From contig CAZAWU010000001.1 of NCBI GenBank assembly GCA_964488915.1, positions 2,749-66,748 of the forward strand: a stretch of 64,000 nt of DNA. Reading direction: 5' to 3'. Shown here one piece after another: positions 20,854-28,397 of the stretch. This DNA is from an uncultured Burkholderiales bacterium (GTDB taxonomy: Bacteria > Pseudomonadota > Gammaproteobacteria > Burkholderiales > JALYOK01). A program made the position numbers and the translations under genes. The notes beneath the pieces were generated by a model. The model was not told where the DNA came from and did not search any database. It was given only the letters and a program-made list of their open reading frames with translations. The first letter of the stretch is position 1; every line of letters starts with the position of its first letter.

Positions 20854-22073
20854 TGCTGTTTACCGTAGCCGGCGAAGCGCTGCGCGCGTTGCGGGCGAAC
20901 CGGTTGCGCACCGCCCTGAGCATGCTCGGCATGGTGATCGGCGTCGGCGCCGTGGTGCTCATGCTCGGCATCGGGCAAGGCGCGCGCGCGAACGTCACGC
21001 GCGCCGTGTCCTCGATGGGTAGCAACGTGTTGATCGTCATGTCCGGCAACATGACCACCGGCGGCGTGCGGCTCGGACAAGGCGCCTCGCCGACGCTTAC
21101 GCTCGCGGACGCGGAGGCGGTGGGTAAGCTTGCATCCATCCTGCTGGTGAGCCCCACATCCAACAACAGCGCGCAGGTCAGCTTCGGCAATGCCAACTGG
21201 GCTACGAGCGTCGTGGGGGCCACGCTCAATTTCTTCGCCATCCGCGCCTGGACCGCCGAGCGCGGCGACTTCTTCACGGATGCGGATGTTCGCAATGCGG
21301 CGCAAGTCGCGGTGCTGGGTCAAACCGTGGTCAAGAACCTGTTCGGAGCCGAGGAGCCCGTCGGCAAGACCATTTCGATCAAAGGCAAACCGTTCGTTGT
21401 GCTCGGCACACTCGAGCCCAAAGGGCAGAGCTTGGACGGTCGCGATCAGGACGACACGATCGTTATCCCACTCTCTACTGCACAAGGCAAAGTCTTCGGC
21501 AATCCGTTTCCCGGCACCGTGCGCCTCATGATGGCGCAAGCGCGCTCGGGCGACGAGCTGCAAGCGGCGGAAGAGGAAATCACGCAACTGCTGCGCGAAC
21601 GTCACCGTTTGAGCGGCGACGCCGACAACGACTTCACCGTGCGAAATCTGACCAGCTACGCCGAAACGGCGGCGATGGCGGCACGCACGCTCACGCTGAT
21701 GCTCGGCGCGGTTGGATCGATCGCTCTCTTGGTCGGCGGCATCGGCATCATGAACATCATGTTGGTGTCTGTCACGGAGCGCACGCGCGAGATCGGCCTG
21801 CGAGTGGCCGTTGGCGCTCGGCAAGGGCAAATCATGTTGCAGTTTCTAGTCGAAGCAACTGTGATCTGTATTATCGGTGGCTTGCTCGGCGTGCTGCTCG
21901 GAGGCGTCGCTGCTTGGTTCCTGGCAAGCAGCCTGTCGATGGAAGTTGAATTGACTGCTAGCTCAGCTTTGGTTGCGTTCGCGTTCGCCGCCGGCAGCGG
22001 ATTGCTGTTTGGGTTGTTTCCCGCGCTGCGAGCAGCTCGACTCAATCCCGTTGACGCGCTTCGGTATGAGTAA
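20850..22073 (+). CDS. ABC transporter permease (MacB-type FtsX fold)
   Basis: 407 aa. N-terminal TM, large periplasmic domain, C-terminal FtsX-like TMs (IALLVGGIGIMNIMLVSVTERTREIGLRVAVGA). 4-nt overlap with the ATPase gene. Confidence 0.9.
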
Positions 22074-22140
22074 GCCTAATCACGTCAAACGTTCGGGTGC
22101 ATCCCGGCATCGCCCGCTGCGGCCGACCAGTATGCATAGC

Positions 22141-22176
22141 CTAGAAAAACAAAAGCCCCTCGGGGGAGCGAGGGGC
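22141..22176. terminator. Hairpin terminator between the convergent ABC permease and pilA genes (T-tract on the minus-strand reading)
   Basis: gcccctcg (22155-22162) / cgaggggc (22169-22176). On the minus strand the stem is followed by TTTTGTTTTT (plus 22141-22154). Probably bidirectional. Confidence 0.55.
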
Positions 22177-22300
22177 GTGAGGGCCTTTGATTATTGTTAG
22201 AGGTGGCAAACAGTTTCTTTTTGAGCCTTCCGCCGAAGACGCTGGCAAGAAGACTCACCTGTAAAAGCAAAGTGCATGCCTGATATTCAGCAGCGACGCG

Positions 22301-22332
22301 CACAAACGAAAACGCCTCCCGAAGGAGGCGTT
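22301..22332 (-). terminator. Rho-independent terminator of pilA
   Basis: aacgcctcc-cgaa-ggaggcgtt (22311-22332), 18 nt after the pilA stop, followed on the minus strand by UUCGUUUGUG. Confidence 0.7.
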
Positions 22333-22349
22333 CGTGGTTCTGGACTAGA

Positions 22350-22772
22350 TTAGCAGCCCTTGGGTTTCAACTTCGCCGGAATGCTGAAGCCCGTGCAACC
22401 CCAGTTGTTGTTCGCTGTGTCGAACGTGTAAACGACGTTGAGGCCTGCGATCTGATCGTTGACGCCCGCGTTCTTGAACGTAGCCGTCACGGTACAGGTG
22501 GTACCGGCAACAGCGAAGGCCAAGCCCTGAACGTACTTGCCCGTGGTAACAGCACCACCCGGAGCAACGCAAGTCGCGGCAGTCAAACCGCCATCGGAGA
22601 TCGCGTCGACCAAGCCGGTTTTCAGACCGTCGATCATCGTGGGTGCTTCGGAAACTTGCGCCTTAGCCGTGTAGTCTTGATAGGCGGGGATCGCGATCGC
22701 CGCCAAGATGCCGATAATCGCAACAACGATCATCAACTCGATTAGGGTGAAGCCTTTTTGCATTGCCTTCAT
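22350..22772 (-). CDS. pilA: Type IV major pilin
   Basis: Trimmed to ATG 22772 (AGGAG RBS). The class III leader plus conserved N-terminus [34 protein letters not shown] is diagnostic. C-terminal Cys pair (C...C at the end). Confidence 0.9.
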   Translation of the reverse strand: MKAMQKGFTLIELMIVVAIIGILAAIAIPAYQDYTAKAQVSEAPTMIDGLKTGLVDAISDGGLTAATCVAPGGAVTTGKYVQGLAFAVAGTTCTVTATFKNAGVNDQIAGLNVVYTFDTANNNWGCTGFSIPAKLKPKGC

Positions 22773-22853
22773 GTAGTGCTCCTGTGTTATGGTTACCAAA
22801 GAAATTTGAATCTGCTCGCGTCACGCTATCAATTGCGCGTCTGTAGCTGGTAG

Positions 22854-22869
22854 AGCAATCGTTGTGCCA
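22854..22869 (-). promoter_or_regulatory. Sigma-54 (RpoN) -24/-12 promoter upstream of pilA
   Basis: The minus strand reads TGGCACAACGATTGCT. This is an exact fit to TGGCAC-N5-TTGCW with correct GG-N10-GC spacing, about 80 nt upstream of the pilA ATG. Confidence 0.7.
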
Positions 22870-23191
22870 AGCTCCGCGCGCTGCACCAAGCGATTTCGCA
22901 CTGTTGCCACGAGTTGGTTTTTTTAAGAACTACATCAAAGAGTTATCGAATTACCCGGTGCAACGCGAATGGAACTCGTCGGTTTTCCGATCGCATAACC
23001 GGAAATGAGTCCCTCTGCGAGATGTTTGCGCTGCCTGGCTGGCTCCTCTCGAGTCGGCGAAATGTGACCATCAACGTCAGCCGCGAGCACACCGAACGGT
23101 TTGGGAAACTAGCAAGCAAGACTGATCAGCGACCGCACGAAATACGGCCAGAAACACTGTCAGCGGTGTAATTTGCTGAGGACGAGAACCG

Positions 23192-25543
23192 CTATTTGAT
23201 GCAGACCGCGCGCACCTGCGCCAGATCCGTAATACCCAGCAGAATTTTCTCGATACCATCCTGCTTGAGAGTGCGCATACCCTCGCTTAAAGCGGTTATG
23301 AGCATATCCGCGACGCGGGCGCGTCCTTGGATGTCTTTCTTGACGGCATCGGTGCCCACCAACAACTCGTGCAAACCGACACGGCCCTTGTAGCCAGTGT
23401 CGCCACAAGCCTCACATCCTACCGGCTCGTAGATCGTGATCTCGCCTTTCTGATTGCCGAACTGCTTCACCCAATCTTCGTAGATGCGCTTGTAGCCAGC
23501 CTGGGGATCCTTCTTCCACTCCGGCAGATTTGTTAGCTCTTCGCAGTACTCTGTCATGAGACGTTTGATCTCATCGGGCGTAGCGGTATGCGGCTTCTTG
23601 CACTTGGAACACAACCGCTTGGTCAAACGCTGCGCGAGCACCCCGAGCAAAGCGTCCGCAAAGTTGAACGGGTCCATGCCCATGTCCAACAAGCGAATGA
23701 TGCTCTCAGGCGCGCTGTTCGTATGCAGAGTCGAAAGAACCAAGTGGCCAGTGAGCGACGCCTCGATGCCGATGGAGACAGTCTCTTTGTCGCGCATCTC
23801 GCCGACCATGATGATATCGGGATCAGCCCGCAGGAATGCCCGCATGGCTGTGGCAAAGTTGAGGCCGGCCTTGTTGTTCATCTGAACTTGCCGCAGGCCC
23901 TTCTGCGTGATCTCTACAGGATCCTCTGCAGTCCATATCTTCGTCTCGGAATCGTTCAGGGCTGCAAGCACAGAGTGCAACGTCGTCGTCTTGCCGGAAC
24001 CGGTCGGCCCACAGACAAAGAACGCGCCGTAAGGCTTCGAGATGATGTTCTTTAGGTTCTCCACGTTACCCTTGGACAACCCGATCTTATCCAATGGCAG
24101 CGGCTCGCCCGAGGCGAGAATACGCATCACGACATCCTCTAACCCGCCGGCCGTTGGGATAGTCGCCACGCGCAGTTCGATATCCAGAGGCGCGAACTTC
24201 TTGAACTTGATCTTGCCGTCCTGAGGCTTGCGCCGCTCCGCGATGTCCAAATCGCACATGATCTTCAGACGCGTAACCAGGGGACTACGATAGCTCGCCG
24301 GAACCTCAATGTAGTTCACCAGGCTGCCGTCGCGGCGGAAACGGATCAGCGTCTTGTTCTTCCCCGGATAGGGTTCGATGTGTATGTCTGACGCGCTTTG
24401 GTTGTACGCGTCATAGATCATCTTGTTGACGAACTTGACCAGCTCGTTCTCGGAGGCCGCCGACAATTCCTCTTGGCTGACGGCGATAATTTCATCGGAA
24501 TCGCCCTCTTCCATCGAAGATAAGAGATCGCCGATACTGCCGCTGCCCATCGAATCGCCATAAAACTGCTCGACGGTCTGATTGAACTCAATACCACTGG
24601 TTACGCGATAGATGATCCTGTGCTTCGGGAAAACGTGCTTCGCGATCTGCGAGCTGCGCAAGCGCTCGGGATCGGGAGTCACAACAATCAAGCCGTCCTT
24701 TGAATCATCCAACGGCAACCACTGATTATTCTCCGCGTATTCGCGCTTGATGGTCTTAAGTAGATCGATCGGCTTGACGCGATCGGCCTTGAATGGTTCG
24801 TAGTCGACGCCAAAGAACGATGCCAGCGACTGTCCGATCGCGCTCGGCTTAACTTGAAATTCTTCGACGAGAATTTCCTCGATATCTTTGCCTTTGCGCC
24901 TCGCAGTACGAGTGGCCAACTCCAACTCGCCCCCAGAAATCACCCCGTCGGTAATCAACTGGTCATACTTCGTGCGTAGCTTGTTGGTCGACTGACGCGA
25001 GCGCAAGGCCATAGCCAGGCCCTTGCACAACTCTTGCGCCAAGTCGACCGAAGCCTGAGAAAATGGTACGCCGTCGCGCGTATTGATGAGTTGAACGCAG
25101 CCAAGCAGCAGCTTGGGATCATCAGGATCAAGCACTGGCGCAACCAGCATCTGCTTTGTGCGATAGCCGGTGCGCTTGTCGACCTCCTTCAGAAAACTCA
25201 AGCGTGGGCTATGGCGCTTGAGTTCCGCCTCATCGTAGACGTCCGCGATATGCAACGTGCGCTTATGAAACGCAGCGAAGCCGGCGATGCTGGCCTCGGT
25301 AATCGGTAACTTGAGATCCCGAAAAGAAGTCAGCCCGGTCTTCACTCGCGCCACGAGCGCGAGCCGGTCCTCGCTGAGTGCGTAAACTGTGATTCGGTCC
25401 GCTCGAAAGAGATCGCAAATTTCTTGGCTAAGCTCGTTGACTTTCTCGTCAAAGCTTCGAGCTGCTTGAATCTTGGCAAGAATATCCGGCAAAGTGCCTG
25501 AGCCTTCGGCGCTACCAAATTCCTTTTCTGCAAGAGCACTCAT
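23192..25543 (-). CDS. GspE/PilB-family secretion ATPase with N-terminal GAF domain
   Basis: 783 aa. GAF-like N-terminus (ITVYALSEDRLALVARVK...LHIADVYD...KQMLVAPVLD...GCVQLIN), T2SSE_N-like segment, Walker A GPTGSGKTT, Asp/His boxes, and a tetracysteine cluster CSKC...CEACGDTGYKGRVGLHELL. Confidence 0.9.
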   Translation of the reverse strand: MSALAEKEFGSAEGSGTLPDILAKIQAARSFDEKVNELSQEICDLFRADRITVYALSEDRLALVARVKTGLTSFRDLKLPITEASIAGFAAFHKRTLHIADVYDEAELKRHSPRLSFLKEVDKRTGYRTKQMLVAPVLDPDDPKLLLGCVQLINTRDGVPFSQASVDLAQELCKGLAMALRSRQSTNKLRTKYDQLITDGVISGGELELATRTARRKGKDIEEILVEEFQVKPSAIGQSLASFFGVDYEPFKADRVKPIDLLKTIKREYAENNQWLPLDDSKDGLIVVTPDPERLRSSQIAKHVFPKHRIIYRVTSGIEFNQTVEQFYGDSMGSGSIGDLLSSMEEGDSDEIIAVSQEELSAASENELVKFVNKMIYDAYNQSASDIHIEPYPGKNKTLIRFRRDGSLVNYIEVPASYRSPLVTRLKIMCDLDIAERRKPQDGKIKFKKFAPLDIELRVATIPTAGGLEDVVMRILASGEPLPLDKIGLSKGNVENLKNIISKPYGAFFVCGPTGSGKTTTLHSVLAALNDSETKIWTAEDPVEITQKGLRQVQMNNKAGLNFATAMRAFLRADPDIIMVGEMRDKETVSIGIEASLTGHLVLSTLHTNSAPESIIRLLDMGMDPFNFADALLGVLAQRLTKRLCSKCKKPHTATPDEIKRLMTEYCEELTNLPEWKKDPQAGYKRIYEDWVKQFGNQKGEITIYEPVGCEACGDTGYKGRVGLHELLVGTDAVKKDIQGRARVADMLITALSEGMRTLKQDGIEKILLGITDLAQVRAVCIK

Positions 25544-25638
25544 CTCGAAGACTCTAAAAATTCAAGCCAGAGCAGAATATCACACGCTTGCAGCACGCGA
25601 CTTGGTCGATACACATTGTCACAGAGCGCAAACACCGA

Positions 25639-26397
25639 CTAAAACTCGAATACCTGACCGTTAGTTAACGGTCGCAATGCGCGAGAACTTTCGCGCAGTT
25701 CCTGCATGATCGTACTGGTTTCACCCGGTTTCATGTGAGTGATGTAGATCTCCGGATTGCCCGCCAGTTTGCCCAGTTCCGGTACGAGCAGCGCCGGACA
25801 ATAGTGCTTCGAAGCCACGGCGATCGAACGGTCACGGTTCGGAAAGGCCGATTCCACAATCAGATAACGGGCGTTTGCCTGAGAATTAAAGTACTCCCAT
25901 AGCGAATCGTTCACAGTTGTGTCGCCGCTAAATATCAAGCTGGCTGCACCGCTATCCAGGTGGTAACCGACCGTGGGCACGACGTGATTGGCTGCAATCG
26001 GCGTGATCTGCCGCCCTTCCAATTGCACCGTTTGCCCTACCATGATTGGCTCGAAGGCTAGATAGGGTTGGCCAGGCCGGGGTATACGTGTGAAATCTGG
26101 CCAGACGCGCCAATTGAACACATGCTCCTGCAACGTTCGGATAGTCGCTTCCAAAGCGTACACACGCAGGGGCTGGCGCCGCAGATGCCCAATGGAATCG
26201 ATGAGCGCGGGCAGCAAGGCAATATGGTCCATGTGCGAATGCGTGATGAACACATGCTTCAGTTCGCACATGCGCCGCAGGGAAAGTGATCCCAAGCCGC
26301 TGCCCGCATCAATGAGCACGTCGTCGTCGAGCAAGAAACAGGTCGTGTGATCGTCGCCGCCAATGCCACCACCGCAACCGAGGACCGTGAGCTTCAC
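25639..26397 (-). CDS. MBL-fold hydrolase resembling class II 3',5'-cyclic-nucleotide phosphodiesterases
   Basis: 252 aa. MKLTVLGCGGG..., HVFITHSHMDHIALLPALIDS (HxHxDH[I]-type signature as in class II PDEs), YITHMKP near the C-terminus. Confidence 0.65.
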   Translation of the reverse strand: MKLTVLGCGGGIGGDDHTTCFLLDDDVLIDAGSGLGSLSLRRMCELKHVFITHSHMDHIALLPALIDSIGHLRRQPLRVYALEATIRTLQEHVFNWRVWPDFTRIPRPGQPYLAFEPIMVGQTVQLEGRQITPIAANHVVPTVGYHLDSGAASLIFSGDTTVNDSLWEYFNSQANARYLIVESAFPNRDRSIAVASKHYCPALLVPELGKLAGNPEIYITHMKPGETSTIMQELRESSRALRPLTNGQVFEF

Positions 26398-26462
26398 GCG
26401 TGCTCTGCCTGCTCGCTACCCGGGGGTCGTCCGGAATCTGACGCAAACGTGAGAACCAGGCG

Positions 26463-27221
26463 CTACGACTTGTAGAAAAACTCCATCTTTACGCCAGCAA
26501 TCTCGATTACATCGTTTTCTTTCAGCGACGCTGCCTGCGCGCCGACCGAAGCACCGTTGACGACCGGAAAACTTGCACCCTCAACGTGCGTAATGAAATA
26601 GCCGTTTGGCCGCTTGGTGATCACTGCAACTTGAACACCGGGCTTGCCGAGCGTCGTGAGAGACTTGGTGAGCTCCAACGTCTTGCCAGCGTTCTGCCCG
26701 TTGAGCACTTGCACCATCCCAACCGCCGACACGATGGGAGCTGTTGCAACCGCGCTGTTCGCTTGCGGTGCACGCACGTTCGAGCCGACCGATGTGCGGC
26801 TCGTCACGGTCGAGCGGGCACCGACCTGTGTGTCGCTCAAGCCGCGCTCAACTACGGCGGGCTGCGGCGCCAGATCGCTGGGCCGGCGCAGCACCATAGT
26901 TCTCTCAAATTCCTCCGCCGTGGTCGACGAAGGAACTTCATTCACATACTTGAGCTTGTGCTTGCCGATTTCAATGACATCGCCGTCTTGCAAAAAATGG
27001 CGCTTGACTGAAGCGCCGTTGACTAGAGTGCCGTTCGTGCTGCCTAGATCCTCCATGAAAGAATCATTCAGGATCGTGATGATGACCGCGTGCTTCCCGC
27101 TGACGGCAAGATTGTCGACCGGAATGTCATTATCAGCCTTGCGGCCAATCGTCACCCGTTCCTTGTCTAGCGGGAATTCGTTTAGTACTTGGCCATCGAG
27201 ACTGAGGATCAACTTCGCCAT
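26463..27221 (-). CDS. Protein with two FHA domains
   Basis: N-terminal FHA (VTIGRKADNDIPVDNLAVSGKHAVI...GSTNGTLVNG...DGDVIEIG), Ser/Thr-rich linker, second degenerate FHA-like domain (LTTLGKPGVQVAVI...VNGASV...ENDVIEIAG). Confidence 0.85.
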   Translation of the reverse strand: MAKLILSLDGQVLNEFPLDKERVTIGRKADNDIPVDNLAVSGKHAVIITILNDSFMEDLGSTNGTLVNGASVKRHFLQDGDVIEIGKHKLKYVNEVPSSTTAEEFERTMVLRRPSDLAPQPAVVERGLSDTQVGARSTVTSRTSVGSNVRAPQANSAVATAPIVSAVGMVQVLNGQNAGKTLELTKSLTTLGKPGVQVAVITKRPNGYFITHVEGASFPVVNGASVGAQAASLKENDVIEIAGVKMEFFYKS

Positions 27222-27230
27222 GAGTGCACC

Positions 27231-28061
27231 CTATCGCTTGAACCAGGACTTGAGCCTGACCAACCAGCTGCGCGTAATCTGAAAATCATTCAACACTTTC
27301 ACGAGAACCACGGAAATGTTGTCTCGCCCACCGCTATCGTTGGCTGCCTGAACTAAGTGCTGCGCCGCCAACTGAACATTGGATTGCAAAGTGAGTAGCG
27401 TAAGCCGGATCTCCTCGTCGTCGATCATGTCGTTCAGCCCATCCGAACACAGCAAATATACGTCACCGGGTATCACGTCATGCGTGTGGACCTCCGGCTC
27501 GACCATTGGATCCACACCGAGCGCGCGTGTTACCAAGTTCTTGTTGTGCGACAAACGCGCTTCTTCTTTGGAAATCACACCCTGATCGATCTGCTCCTGC
27601 AACAAAGAATGATCACGCGTCAACTGATCGAGGTGTTCTCCGCGCAGGCGATATAGGCGCGAATCGCCCACATGTGCGACTGTCAACAGATTATCGAAGA
27701 AAAGGCCGACCACCAACGTCGTACCCATGCCCGAGTATTCGGGGGTATGTTGCGCCGCTTGGTGCACGGCACTATTTGCACGGGCAACATGTTGGCGGAT
27801 CAAGGATGCCGCTATCTCCTGCGCCTGCTCACGATCCATTTGCGACAGGCGGCATGTCTGCCAGTCCTGCTCGATGCCGTCGGCGATCAAATCAGTGGCC
27901 ATGCCGCTCGCAACGTCACCGGCGTTGTAACCCCCCATTCCGTCGGCCAGCAAAACCAGCCCAGCCTCCCGCCGCTCCGCAACGTAGTCTTCGTTGCGCT
28001 TTCGCAAACGCCCAGGATCGGTCAAGCTAGTGATCTGCAGTGCTTCGATAATCTGCATCAT
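27231..28061 (-). CDS. PP2C-family Ser/Thr protein phosphatase
   Basis: RKRNEDY, LLADGMGGYNAGDVAS, TTLVV, AHVGDSRLY, LLCSDGLNDM and GGRDNISVV are the full PP2C/Stp motif set. Confidence 0.9.
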   Translation of the reverse strand: MMQIIEALQITSLTDPGRLRKRNEDYVAERREAGLVLLADGMGGYNAGDVASGMATDLIADGIEQDWQTCRLSQMDREQAQEIAASLIRQHVARANSAVHQAAQHTPEYSGMGTTLVVGLFFDNLLTVAHVGDSRLYRLRGEHLDQLTRDHSLLQEQIDQGVISKEEARLSHNKNLVTRALGVDPMVEPEVHTHDVIPGDVYLLCSDGLNDMIDDEEIRLTLLTLQSNVQLAAQHLVQAANDSGGRDNISVVLVKVLNDFQITRSWLVRLKSWFKR

Positions 28062-28397
28062 TAAGCAAATCTGTTTATTTCAGCAACGCGCATTCTACTC
28101 GTCAGCAGCCCCAGGCATTCATTGCAATGAAATAGTGCTGTTGGCAACATCGACAATGCGCGATGTCCGCGCCAATCACCCAGCAAACAGCGCTCCTAAA
28201 GTTGCGGTCGCGCCTCATCAACAGCGCAAAACTGCCTGAATTCTTTAGAAAAGTCAATCGAGCTCCCCGTCCGAAGCGGTTCTGGCCTCGGAATTCTCCG
28301 GTCCGGCTATGGTAGACTGAACTGGTCGACGGTGACGAACTGCAGCCGTTGACAAACCACGTCCGTTGTCTTTTTGCCATAAGCAAGAATCGCGCCC

